Of a DNA stretch of 55,527 bases, positions 19,872 to 28,189 are shown piece after piece; position 1 is the first letter of the stretch; each line of letters opens with the position of its first letter. The notes beneath the pieces were generated by a model. That model searched no databases and was not told the origin of the DNA. It was given only the letters and a program-made list of their open reading frames with translations. This DNA is from a virus (lineage: Duplodnaviria; Caudoviricetes). The position numbers were made by a program, and so were the translations under genes. Location: IMG/VR virus record IMGVR_UViG_3300032163_000018, positions 1-55,527 of that record; one strand, written 5' to 3'.

Positions 19872-19967
19872 GTTTATATACAACTTTTAATTCTTGGTCA
19901 TTGTGATTTGTCTAACTTTCAATTTTTCTACCCATTTGAAATTCCTCTTGTAATACTTAATTAGTTT

Positions 19968-20213
19968 TTATACTTCCTCAACATCGACCTTTTTTAGTGA
20001 TCTTACAACTTGTAGTTGTGATTTCAGTTCCGAAATATCATTTAAAATATCACTAATACATGCTCTTTTAGCTTCTTGAAATGTGTTAAATGCTTCATAG
20101 CGCCCCATGTTTAAAAAATGATTGTATTTCATATCTACACCAATTAAAGATTTGTAAACATTGTAATCAGCCCCTTGTTGATAAACAGAATAATATTTCA
20201 TTTTCATTTTCAT
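19968..20213 (-). CDS. Hypothetical protein
   Basis: 81 aa, ATGA overlap. Confidence 0.6.
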   Translation of the reverse strand: MKMKMKYYSVYQQGADYNVYKSLIGVDMKYNHFLNMGRYEAFNTFQEAKRACISDILNDISELKSQLQVVRSLKKVDVEEV

Positions 20214-20428
20214 TTTTTACTCCTAGATTTTAAAAGCATTTTAATTATCCTGTTGTGAAAGACATCTATAGCATGACTTATTTCTTTTTGTTCTTGTTGT
20301 GTCATTGCATGCCATTCATGACTATATCTTTCATAGTAGTAATCAGTTATATTATCTAGATCACTGTATAACATTTCTACGGCCCACTGTTTAGGTGTTA
20401 ACTTTTTATCCATATATTTAATTGTCAT
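20210..20428 (-). CDS. Hypothetical protein
   Basis: 72 aa, coupled overlaps on both sides. Confidence 0.6.
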   Translation of the reverse strand: MTIKYMDKKLTPKQWAVEMLYSDLDNITDYYYERYSHEWHAMTQQEQKEISHAIDVFHNRIIKMLLKSRSKK

Positions 20429-20544
20429 AGTTTGCTCTCTTTTAATAATTCCAAAAATTTACTAGAAAATAACGGTTTGAATCTTGTACTCCTTGTTTCA
20501 TCTTCCCAATAGAAGCCATGCGTTATTTTTTCTAAGTCAATCAT
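20425..20544 (-). CDS. 39-aa hypothetical protein (not in ORF track)
   Basis: AGGAGG RBS; ATGA overlap with the 20428 gene. Confidence 0.5.
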   Translation of the reverse strand: MIDLEKITHGFYWEDETRSTRFKPLFSSKFLELLKESKL

Positions 20545-20586
20545 AAACATCCTCCTTTGTCTAATCAAACAATCCTATTTCATAAT

Positions 20587-20626
20587 TATATCACATCCAA
20601 AAATAATGTCAACTTCAACAAAATGT
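20587..20626 (-). promoter_or_regulatory. Sigma70 promoter, copy 2 of the 40-bp direct repeat
   Basis: TTGACA-16 bp-TATAAT with TG extension. Confidence 0.8.
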
Positions 20627-20740
20627 ATTTAATAATAATATCGCAACACGTTTTAATAAGTCCATATTTGGCACGTTACCTATGCTTATTATGTAGTTGA
20701 GTTGACGATAATGTCAATTCAGATGCTTAATGAATTCATG

Positions 20741-21175
20741 TTAAATATGTGACGCAAGTTCTTGATAATAGTAGCCTTTGTTATAAATGTAACAGCCAGA
20801 TGACCCAAACGTAGTTGGATACATTATACTTAAAGGGCATCCATTCATGCTTTTACCTGTATTATGTCCAAGTCCTAACACACAGTGACCAAGTTCGTGC
20901 ATTATTAGTATCTCTTTTTGATCATCGCTAGCCATAGACCAGTAAACAGGATCTATTTGAATTACTCTAACGCCGTTCCCATAAGTTAAGCATTGACCTA
21001 TTGTAGGTAATGGTAATACTTCAAATTCAGCACCGATATTAACTGGGTTTACTCCTATATAATTATGAAATCTATTAAAATATTCATCAAACTCTGGATC
21101 AACAGAAATTGAATGTTGTTCCATGTAAGTTTGTTTACCACATGCGACTAACAATAATAGTATTATAAATCTCAT
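20741..21175 (-). CDS. Lipoprotein metzincin (matrixin-like) Zn metalloprotease
   Basis: LLVAC lipobox, HELGHCVLGLGH (HExxHxxxxxH), SIMYP Met-turn. Confidence 0.8.
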   Translation of the reverse strand: MRFIILLLLVACGKQTYMEQHSISVDPEFDEYFNRFHNYIGVNPVNIGAEFEVLPLPTIGQCLTYGNGVRVIQIDPVYWSMASDDQKEILIMHELGHCVLGLGHNTGKSMNGCPLSIMYPTTFGSSGCYIYNKGYYYQELASHI

Positions 21176-21180
21176 AATTT

Positions 21181-21208
21181 ATTATACCATATTTAGACAA
21201 ATTATCAA
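21181..21208 (-). promoter_or_regulatory. Sigma70 promoter giving a probable leaderless mRNA
   Basis: TTGATA-16 bp-TATAAT with TGG extension, ending 5 nt before the ATG at 21175. Confidence 0.6.
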
Positions 21209-21400
21209 CTTTTATGGTAATATGATGTATGGCGAAAAATCAATCACTTACATTATTAGGATATGTCAATTTTTTAGTCATTAGATGGATAAAAATACAA
21301 TATATGAATAAGATTACAGAAGCTCACATATTAACCTTACCACACTGGGACATAGCTCAATCAATGTATAAGGGTCTTGTCTTATATATAAAGGAATCGT

Positions 21401-21955
21401 ATGCTTAATAAAATTGTAGAACTGCTAATCGCTTTTATGCCCCTAATCCTATCCTTTGTCTTTATAGGTATAGCTTACGTTAAGAATAAAAACTTAATGA
21501 GAATAGACTGGGCAACTGTTAAGAAAGTAACTTTAATAGTTTTATTAGCTAAACTAGTGAATATAGGCATAATAGATCTACAAGTACATCTGGGGTTAGT
21601 TAGTAAGATCCAATTATTGGAAGGCACTCAGATGCCAATGCCGTTTTGGTGGTTTTTCATGGTCTTTTGGGAAGACGGGTTTTATGGCTTAGTTATCTAT
21701 TATTTAATGGAAGTTGATAAAATATTGCCTAAGTTTGTTAAAAAAATCATTATATTTGGTATTTGCTTTAACTTTATGTTAGGACATTTGTATCAAGGAG
21801 CTATAGGAATGTTGGCAATCCTGTATCCTTTTTATATTAGTTATAAATACGGTAAAAAGAACGGATTCGGTACTGTAATGATTTGTCATATTTTGTTTGA
21901 CTTAATAAGTTACATGATGTATAGTTTCTATGTGAAGGTAATTTTATGGGGATAA
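21401..21955 (+). CDS. CPBP (CAAX/Abi family) intramembrane glutamic protease
   Basis: Multiple TM helices; WED..., F..GH and H...D motifs. Confidence 0.75.
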   Translation: MLNKIVELLIAFMPLILSFVFIGIAYVKNKNLMRIDWATVKKVTLIVLLAKLVNIGIIDLQVHLGLVSKIQLLEGTQMPMPFWWFFMVFWEDGFYGLVIYYLMEVDKILPKFVKKIIIFGICFNFMLGHLYQGAIGMLAILYPFYISYKYGKKNGFGTVMICHILFDLISYMMYSFYVKVILWG

Positions 21956-21996
21956 AATAAACAACGCATCTTGTAAATTAATAAAGGATATGTAAA

Positions 21997-22143
21997 ATGG
22001 ACAAGTTACAATTAATAAATACAATCGTTAGCGGACTATTGTCTATGCTTTTAAGTAAGACGGGCATTGTTAATATAGCATTTAAAGTCTTATTTATGGT
22101 ATTATTTGTATATAATGTACTTAGATTAGCAGGAAGAGTATAA
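21997..22143 (+). CDS. 48-aa membrane protein (not in ORF track)
   Basis: AAGGA RBS, hydrophobic, on the operon strand. Confidence 0.45.
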   Translation: MDKLQLINTIVSGLLSMLLSKTGIVNIAFKVLFMVLFVYNVLRLAGRV

Positions 22144-22148
22144 AAAGT

Positions 22149-22364
22149 ATGACTAAAAAAGAATTTGAACAACTAGGCAAAAATATTCTTAAATGGAAAC
22201 GTGAGTACTATAAACTAGGTAACCCATCTATTTCTGACGTAACTTATGATTATCAAGAATATCTATATGCTCAAGAAGCTACTAAGAGAAAGATCGAGAA
22301 GAATGAATTAGGTCAAATGGAAGATGGGAAGTTTTATATTAACGTTGGATATGTAGGAGAATAA
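22149..22364 (+). CDS. Stand-alone NAD-dependent DNA ligase domain Ia-like protein
   Basis: EYYKLGNPSISDVTYD matches the LigA YY...P.ISD.EYD motif. No KxDG active site. Confidence 0.7.
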   Translation: MTKKEFEQLGKNILKWKREYYKLGNPSISDVTYDYQEYLYAQEATKRKIEKNELGQMEDGKFYINVGYVGE

Positions 22365-22365
22365 A

Positions 22366-22566
22366 ATGAATACGCCAACCCTAGACCCATACAAGTTTGA
22401 CTATGATGATGTTATCGAATGGGTTGTTGACTCACTACAAAGAAAGTGTCTATCAACCAAATTCCTATATAGGGTGTATAGAAATGGGGAGTATAAGACA
22501 TGGACACAGGTTTTAAGCTATGAAATGGTTAAAGTTGATTTATTTACAATGAGGTACAAGTGCTAA
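22366..22566 (+). CDS. Hypothetical protein
   Basis: 66 aa, AGGAG RBS. Confidence 0.55.
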   Translation: MNTPTLDPYKFDYDDVIEWVVDSLQRKCLSTKFLYRVYRNGEYKTWTQVLSYEMVKVDLFTMRYKC

Positions 22567-22682
22567 AACAAAACAAAGATTCTCACGACCAATTCAAAAC
22601 ACAACAAGAAATTTGGGAATTTTTATCTGCTAATGAAAATAATAAAATTATTCAAAATTGTGATTTTAGGGATACAAAATGA
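22560..22682 (+). CDS. 40-aa hypothetical protein (not in ORF track)
   Basis: GAGG RBS, GTG start, ATGA overlap with the 22679 gene. Confidence 0.4.
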   Translation: MLKQNKDSHDQFKTQQEIWEFLSANENNKIIQNCDFRDTK

Positions 22683-22978
22683 AACTCGAACCAATTGTAA
22701 AAAATTCAGATGGCACAATTCACCACATGACTCATTATGAGGCATTAGAATATTGTGCGAAAAACAATTGTCGATTGCCAACACTCGATGAATTAATTAA
22801 TTTTTATAGCGATGAGGATTATATTAAAAATGAAGATGATAAAAATTTGTTTTGGTCGTCGTCAGTCAATCCTAATGATCCTTACGTCGCCTACGTCTTC
22901 TATGGCTTCAATGGTGTCATCTACTACGTCAGCCGCTACTTCAAAGATGCGGTCCGCTGCGTGGAAGAAAATAAATGA
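22679..22978 (+). CDS. C-type lectin-fold (DUF1566/FGE-like) protein, DGR target-like
   Basis: EALEYC...RLPTLDEL...FWSSS...AY.F...G.......AVRCV signature. Confidence 0.8.
   Translation: MKLEPIVKNSDGTIHHMTHYEALEYCAKNNCRLPTLDELINFYSDEDYIKNEDDKNLFWSSSVNPNDPYVAYVFYGFNGVIYYVSRYFKDAVRCVEENK
22853..22963 (+). other. Putative DGR variable region (VR)
   Basis: About 51% GC; 21 of 37 codons end in C (TAC, GTC, TTC, AGC), consistent with AAC-derived codons. Confidence 0.65.
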
Positions 22979-23184
22979 AAATCGAATTGACCACTGTGTA
23001 TGAAAATGTGGATGATGATTTTTTAAAATATTATATTGAACAGATTATGCCTGTAGTCCCTATAAATTATTACGCCTTTAAACAAGGTGTTCTATGCATA
23101 TTCAAAAGCAGAGATCCTGATACAAAAAGTAAAGTCACAGTCACTACAACTTATAAACTAACAAAGGATAAATTAAATGAGTGA
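22975..23184 (+). CDS. Hypothetical protein
   Basis: 69 aa, ATGA overlap. Confidence 0.55.
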   Translation: MKIELTTVYENVDDDFLKYYIEQIMPVVPINYYAFKQGVLCIFKSRDPDTKSKVTVTTTYKLTKDKLNE

Positions 23185-23231
23185 ACAAAAAGAGAGTTTT
23201 GAGGAATGGCAAAACTAACAAAGGAAAATAT

Positions 23232-23615
23232 ATGACTCAAGAACAGAAGCAAAAGTCTATGATTAAGAAATTTAGGAAGGAACCAATTGTTATAGAAGCT
23301 GCACAATGGTTCAAAAATGGGGACCACCCAAATGATGATTGTGAAATTTTTATTGACGATGAAACAAAATTGCCTTTTTTGGGTGAGGGCAAAATTGTTC
23401 GCTACTTTAGACATCCTGATATAAGTGGTGAATTAATCTGTGTAAGTTCTATGTCTTGTGGACATGCTATGCATTTACATGGTTGGATTGACACTCCAGA
23501 AGGTGGGCATAATGTATGCCCAGGTGATTGGATCATCACTGGTATTGCTGGGGAAAATTACCCATGTAAACCAGTCATTTTCGCAAAAACGTATAAAGAA
23601 GTTGAATTAACTTAA
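23232..23615 (+). CDS. Conserved phage protein (PGDYG-like)
   Basis: FRKEPIVIEAAQW...TPEG...PGDWII...YPCKP.IF.KTY. Start moved to the ATG after an AAGGA RBS. Confidence 0.75.
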   Translation: MTQEQKQKSMIKKFRKEPIVIEAAQWFKNGDHPNDDCEIFIDDETKLPFLGEGKIVRYFRHPDISGELICVSSMSCGHAMHLHGWIDTPEGGHNVCPGDWIITGIAGENYPCKPVIFAKTYKEVELT

Positions 23616-23629
23616 TAAAGGGATAATAA

Positions 23630-23932
23630 ATGAAATTTGAGGAATGGCAAAATAAAGAAGCATTAAAATTTACTTTTGTGGATTTTTTATCTATGATGGA
23701 TAGTGGTAGAAGATATGCAAAATTAGCATGGGATTATCAGCAATCCCGCATTGAGGAATTGGAAAAGGAACAGGTAGACCACATTGAAATTTTATCTAAT
23801 GAATATTATAAAAAATATGAAAAACTACAAGTAGAAAATGCTCAGTTAAGAGAGGCACTTAAACTCTATGTCAATGATTTTGGCGGCAAAAGTGCTCATG
23901 TAGTATTAGCAAAATCGGATAAGAAAGAATGA
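23630..23932 (+). CDS. Hypothetical phage coiled-coil protein
   Basis: FEEW...AWDYQQSRIEELE pattern. Confidence 0.65.
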   Translation: MKFEEWQNKEALKFTFVDFLSMMDSGRRYAKLAWDYQQSRIEELEKEQVDHIEILSNEYYKKYEKLQVENAQLREALKLYVNDFGGKSAHVVLAKSDKKE

Positions 23933-24240
23933 AAACAATTAAATCAATAACCTCTGCCGCTATTTTAGAGCTAACGCTTGCTCAATTAAACTTTATAGAT
24001 GGCTTATATTGGAATGATGAAAAATTATCTATACAAGAAAAGATTGAAAATTTTATGGTTGGATGTGTTGTAAGTTTTAATGACCCAGAAGAAGTATTAA
24101 AATCCGTTAAAATAGCAGATCTAGCAGATCTAGATGATGTGGATGATCTTTTAGAAACGGCAAAATCTCTAGACTTATATTTCGGACCTAGCATAGAAGT
24201 ATTGGAATATTTTAAAAGAGAATTGGAGAATAAGAAATGA
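23929..24240 (+). CDS. Hypothetical acidic protein
   Basis: 103 aa, coupled overlaps. Confidence 0.6.
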   Translation: MKTIKSITSAAILELTLAQLNFIDGLYWNDEKLSIQEKIENFMVGCVVSFNDPEEVLKSVKIADLADLDDVDDLLETAKSLDLYFGPSIEVLEYFKRELENKK

Positions 24241-24617
24241 AATTTGACGATAAAATTAAAGAAATAAAAAAAGCTCTTCTAGAAAATAAATTCGTTATTT
24301 CCCTAAGAAACTCTGGGAAAACATCTGCTTTGGCTGAAATTTTAATAGAAAATAGACGTGCTATCGTGATCACTCCTAACTATAGACAAAAACAACGACT
24401 TATCGAATTGTTACGCTCTAAATATAATGCTATGAGTAAACAAATCGAAAGGAGAATAGTTCCGAGTTACATAGCGAACGATAGAAACTATTTTATTGGG
24501 TTGGAAAGAGATATTTTAGATAATATATACGTAGATGAATATTTTATAAGTTCTTATAGGGGTCCGTATAAAAGTGCAGTTAGTTCACTTCCATATAATA
24601 CAAAAGAGATTAAATAA
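24237..24617 (+). CDS. Minimal P-loop protein (terminase/helicase ATPase-like fragment)
   Basis: RNSGKTS Walker A and YVDE Walker B in only 126 aa. Confidence 0.6.
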   Translation: MKFDDKIKEIKKALLENKFVISLRNSGKTSALAEILIENRRAIVITPNYRQKQRLIELLRSKYNAMSKQIERRIVPSYIANDRNYFIGLERDILDNIYVDEYFISSYRGPYKSAVSSLPYNTKEIK

Positions 24618-24618
24618 C

Positions 24619-25044
24619 ATGAAAATTAAAGTACTTATACTAGATGACAACTATGTAGATAGAAATAACTCTATTATGCCAACTAACGCAGATATATTAT
24701 TTTTTGAAGATATTACTCTAACTACTGATTTTAGTAAACCAATAGGTAACGCTAAGTTATCTAGAGAAGGTAATGAGTTTTATATACAAAAAATTCAATT
24801 AATTGATGAGTTTAAAGAACAGATGCTTCTCTTAGTTCCTGCCGTAGGCGGTTCTTTATTAGAAAGAAAGGGCAACGTGTATACAAAATTTAAGATAAAT
24901 ATCGTAAATTTACAGATTAATCCAAATGCTGATGATAGAATCCTATCAATAGGAGAACAATTGAATTTACAGAAAAAGAAGGGCTTGACAGATAATGAGG
25001 AATATGATAAACTACCTACAGACAAAGAAGATATAGAGGAATAA
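24619..25044 (+). CDS. Hypothetical protein (weak prohead-protease-like motifs)
   Basis: DFSKPIG and NPNADDRIL. Start moved to the second Met. Confidence 0.5.
   Translation: MKIKVLILDDNYVDRNNSIMPTNADILFFEDITLTTDFSKPIGNAKLSREGNEFYIQKIQLIDEFKEQMLLLVPAVGGSLLERKGNVYTKFKINIVNLQINPNADDRILSIGEQLNLQKKKGLTDNEEYDKLPTDKEDIEE
24985..25013 (+). promoter_or_regulatory. Sigma70 promoter
   Basis: TTGACA-17 bp-TAAACT with TG extension. Confidence 0.65.
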
Positions 25045-25065
25045 CATGGAAACAAGGGGGATAAA

Positions 25066-25563
25066 ATGAAACCATTGCTAAAAATTGACTATCAAAGAAT
25101 CGGCGAGAAGAGTTTACTAACTAAACCTGTTTATATTGATGAGAAAGTTAGAGAATATTTAAAAAGTAAAGAGCGGAGATTATGTTTACATGAAGATATA
25201 AAAATAGGGCAAGGACACTCTGATATTGTTTTAAGTATAGGTTATCGTAGGATTTATGCTGGTGCTGAAAATGCCGAAACTTTCGATAATGTAAAAGAAA
25301 GAGAAGATTTTATTCTCGGTCTTGATTATGTTAATTCTGAGTTTATTAGTTTGCCAGAAGAAAAAGGTAAGGAGACATATTCTGAATCGTTTCCTCTGTT
25401 AACACAAGAAGATGTAGAAGCAGCAATATCAGCAGTGGCGGCCATTAATGGCAGCGAAAAAGGCACAGCAGAAGAACATAGTGCCCCCTATAGGGCAAGA
25501 TCTCAGTCGGATATAATGCGTTATTTAATCAACCAGATAGGACCTAAGAACGATGAACTTTAA
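25066..25563 (+). CDS. Hypothetical protein
   Basis: 165 aa, AAGGGGG RBS. Confidence 0.65.
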   Translation: MKPLLKIDYQRIGEKSLLTKPVYIDEKVREYLKSKERRLCLHEDIKIGQGHSDIVLSIGYRRIYAGAENAETFDNVKEREDFILGLDYVNSEFISLPEEKGKETYSESFPLLTQEDVEAAISAVAAINGSEKGTAEEHSAPYRARSQSDIMRYLINQIGPKNDEL

Positions 25564-25771
25564 AAAAATACTACAGCTCATGCTGGATACCAGTAATACT
25601 AGAGACTATGAGACTATAGAAAATGCCTTTTTCCTTGGTGCAAGTGCTATGATGATTGAGATGAAGAAGGCTTATGAAACTGGTAACATGGAAATATTAG
25701 AAGAGATTGAAGAGTCGCTTCAAGAAAGGCTTGTTGATTTAAACAATAAACCCAAGATAAACGTACATTAG
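25553..25771 (+). CDS. Hypothetical protein
   Basis: 72 aa, overlaps the previous gene. Confidence 0.6.
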   Translation: MNFKKILQLMLDTSNTRDYETIENAFFLGASAMMIEMKKAYETGNMEILEEIEESLQERLVDLNNKPKINVH

Positions 25772-25781
25772 TAGAACTAGT

Positions 25782-25994
25782 ATGAAAGTAAAAGAATTGA
25801 TTGAAAAATTACAAAATTTACCACAAGATCATGAGGTTTATCTTAGGAAATCAATAATGAAAAATGAAGATCTTGATAGTAACCTTGATGTTAAGGTCAA
25901 TAGGGTGTTTGTAGGAAACGCCTTAATTAAATATTTAGATAGTCAAGATGGACTCGATATGGCTGAATATGTAAGAGCTGTTTTGGTGGAATAA
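25782..25994 (+). CDS. Hypothetical phage protein
   Basis: MKVKELIEKLQNLPQDHEV, a common phage N-terminal motif. Confidence 0.7.
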   Translation: MKVKELIEKLQNLPQDHEVYLRKSIMKNEDLDSNLDVKVNRVFVGNALIKYLDSQDGLDMAEYVRAVLVE

Positions 25995-26009
25995 ACAGAT
26001 TAATCCACA

Positions 26010-26085
26010 TGATTTGTGCCAGAAACAATCTAAAAAAGACAGTTACTGGCACAAATCACGTTTATAGCTCTAAAAAGGACAGTTA
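26010..26085. promoter_or_regulatory. Operator-like inverted and direct repeats
   Basis: Perfect 13-bp inverted repeat 26010-26022/26046-26058. 17-bp direct repeat (1 mismatch) at 26029 and 26069. Confidence 0.6.
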
Positions 26086-26107
26086 TCAGAACTTACAGTA
26101 CTGAAAC

Positions 26108-26136
26108 TTGACATAATATAAACTATGTGTTATACT
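26108..26136 (+). promoter_or_regulatory. Sigma70 promoter
   Basis: TTGACA-17 bp-TATACT with TG extension. Confidence 0.8.
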
Positions 26137-26153
26137 AACTTTAGAGGTATAAA

Positions 26154-26789
26154 ATGCAAATTAACAGAGAAATACTTAAGAATTTTAATCCATGTCTTGA
26201 TCGTTACAAAAATTATCTTGAAAATTATCCTAATTTCGACGGATCATTTGATGAATTTCTTGATTTAAATAATATTACATATAATGATAAAATATGGGTT
26301 GCTCAAAGAGTCTTGAATAAAAATCAATTAATTCGTTTTGCACTTCTTTGTGCCGAAAGCGTTTTACATATCTTTGAGGAAAAATACCCAGAAGATAAAA
26401 GACCAAGAGATTGTATTGAATATTTGATGAAGATTGATGATTTTTCAAATTTAACAGATGAACAAAGAGAAGAGATTTTAAAACATAAAAATGCTGCTTC
26501 TTCTGCTTCTTCTGCTGCTTATGCTGCTGCTTATGCTGCTTCTTCTGCTGCTGCTTATGCTGCTACTTATGCTGCTGCTGATGCTGCTGATGCTGCTGCT
26601 TATGCTGCTGCTGATGCTGCTAATGCTGCTGCTGCTAATGCTGCTTATGCTTATGCTGCTGCTTATGCTGCTGATGCTTATGCTGCTGCTGATGCTGCTG
26701 CTTATGCTGCTGCTTATGCTGCTGCTGCTGCTAGATTAGATCAACAGAATCTTAATATTCAGTTTCTCAAAATGGCAGCTAGTTTGTAA
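26154..26789 (+). CDS. Imm5-like domain protein with Ala-rich tract, paralog 1
   Basis: ALLCAESVLHIFE...PEDKRPR motif; close paralog at 37171. Confidence 0.7.
   Translation: MQINREILKNFNPCLDRYKNYLENYPNFDGSFDEFLDLNNITYNDKIWVAQRVLNKNQLIRFALLCAESVLHIFEEKYPEDKRPRDCIEYLMKIDDFSNLTDEQREEILKHKNAASSASSAAYAAAYAASSAAAYAATYAAADAADAAAYAAADAANAAAANAAYAYAAAYAADAYAAADAAAYAAAYAAAAARLDQQNLNIQFLKMAASL
26493..26732 (+). repeat. GCT-based trinucleotide tract (80 codons, all NNT)
   Basis: Only GCT, TCT, TAT, GAT, AAT and ACT codons. Confidence 0.9.
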
Positions 26790-26804
26790 TAAAAGAGGTA
26801 TAAA

Positions 26805-27014
26805 ATGACTAAAAAGAAACTTTTTGACGTTAAAACTGAGAAATTTGGTAACTTTGAAACAGTTTTTGTCTTAGAATTCAACAAGTTAGGACCTCAAAAG
26901 TTTGCATACGAGATTCTTACTGATAAGAAGGGTGAGGTTGTGGGCTTTAAGGGTTATATCAAGAAAGAAACAGCTAAGAAGTTGGCTAGCAAGATTCTTA
27001 GAGAGAGTAAATAA
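26805..27014 (+). CDS. Hypothetical protein
   Basis: 69 aa, AGAGGT RBS. Confidence 0.6.
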   Translation: MTKKKLFDVKTEKFGNFETVFVLEFNKLGPQKFAYEILTDKKGEVVGFKGYIKKETAKKLASKILRESK

Positions 27015-27226
27015 TGAAGACTAGAAAGCTAATTCAAAAGGGTATTAAATTTAAAAATACTAAGGTTAAGGGTTCTCAAAAGCATGGATCGAAAAAACAT
27101 AGAATTTTTCAATTTAAGGGTGACGAATCCTACTATGTTGAAGAAAGACTCTTAATAGACTCAAGAGTTTATTATAGATACCTAAGAACAAGTTCCTATA
27201 TTGATGATAGTATTAAGATCAATTAA
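27014..27226 (+). CDS. Hypothetical basic protein
   Basis: 70 aa, TAATG overlap. Confidence 0.55.
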   Translation: MKTRKLIQKGIKFKNTKVKGSQKHGSKKHRIFQFKGDESYYVEERLLIDSRVYYRYLRTSSYIDDSIKIN

Positions 27227-27250
27227 TACTACGCCTATGGAGAAATTTCA

Positions 27251-27454
27251 ATGAAAACCTACCTAACTCTAGGAATATTATTCTGGTTTCCGCTCACTTT
27301 TTGCAGATCCCACCTTTATAAGGATAAAAACTTTTTCGTCATACTAACTGACATCGCTCTCGGTGTGCTATCTTACCCATTAATTATATTGTATCTGTTG
27401 GTCTCTGTAATTAAGGGTTTAAGAAAGGGAAAAAATGAACATAAAGATACTTAA
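27251..27454 (+). CDS. Small membrane protein
   Basis: Two hydrophobic segments, GGAG RBS. Confidence 0.55.
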   Translation: MKTYLTLGILFWFPLTFCRSHLYKDKNFFVILTDIALGVLSYPLIILYLLVSVIKGLRKGKNEHKDT

Positions 27455-27956
27455 ACCCTTGCCGGAACATCTAATAACAGGAACATTTCCTTTTGGTTCT
27501 AGAGTCTACGGCAATCACATTGATGAGTCTGACTTTGACTTCCTTAAGATAGTTAATTTTGACACGGGTGAGGTTATTTTACAGTATAAAGATGGTGATA
27601 TTGATTATGTTTACACTGGCTTGAGAAGTTTTCTTAGGGATCTAGAAAAAGGTGCTAGTCAAATAAATTTTGAAGTGCTACATACAGAAGAGTTTCAGTC
27701 TAATTTTAAGATTGACCCTATAGTATTTTATACAGAAACAAATGCCAAAGCTTTTGTAGGTTTTGCTAGAAGAGATTTGGAATATCCTCAAAGAGTTTTT
27801 CATATAAATCGCTGTATTTACATAGCTGAAAAGATAATGAAAAAAGAGTTGATAAAGCTCGAAGATATTGGTAAGATAGTTATCGAGAACGATATGGAAA
27901 AATTGACAAATAGAGTTACAGAGCTTAGGAATATGTTGAGGCATGGAGGTAGATAG
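27435..27956 (+). CDS. Pol-beta superfamily nucleotidyltransferase
   Basis: FGSRVYG...SDFDF (GS..DxD motif). Confidence 0.8.
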   Translation: MNIKILKPLPEHLITGTFPFGSRVYGNHIDESDFDFLKIVNFDTGEVILQYKDGDIDYVYTGLRSFLRDLEKGASQINFEVLHTEEFQSNFKIDPIVFYTETNAKAFVGFARRDLEYPQRVFHINRCIYIAEKIMKKELIKLEDIGKIVIENDMEKLTNRVTELRNMLRHGGR

Positions 27957-28189
27957 TGAATTTTGAAAACATGACAGATGAAGAAATAGAACAAATGTGC
28001 GAAATTGCCGCTAAAAATGCTTTAAATTTTGGCGCACCAGAAGATTTAGCTATTCCTGGATACGGATGGATTATAAGAAAGGGTGAAGTTACAGAAGCTG
28101 GCAAGATATGGTTTGAAGATAATAAAGAATATTTTGAATCAAAATCCACTAAAGATGTAAAGAAAAAAGATGAAAAAAAGAAAGACTAA
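27956..28189 (+). CDS. Hypothetical protein
   Basis: GGAGG RBS, GTG start. Confidence 0.6.
   Translation: MNFENMTDEEIEQMCEIAAKNALNFGAPEDLAIPGYGWIIRKGEVTEAGKIWFEDNKEYFESKSTKDVKKKDEKKKD

Noticed and set aside
19832-20626. CRISPR-like or att-site interpretation of the 40-bp repeat
   Set aside because: Only two copies 755 bp apart, each coinciding with a promoter; no integrase or cas genes.
26006-26062. Sigma54 promoters at TGGCAC (also near 20669)
   Set aside because: The -12 TTGC element is absent or mis-spaced.
26491-26739. Poly-Leu/Met ORFs (also 37526-37846)
   Set aside because: Shifted-frame shadows of the GCT tracts (CTG/ATG); no RBS.
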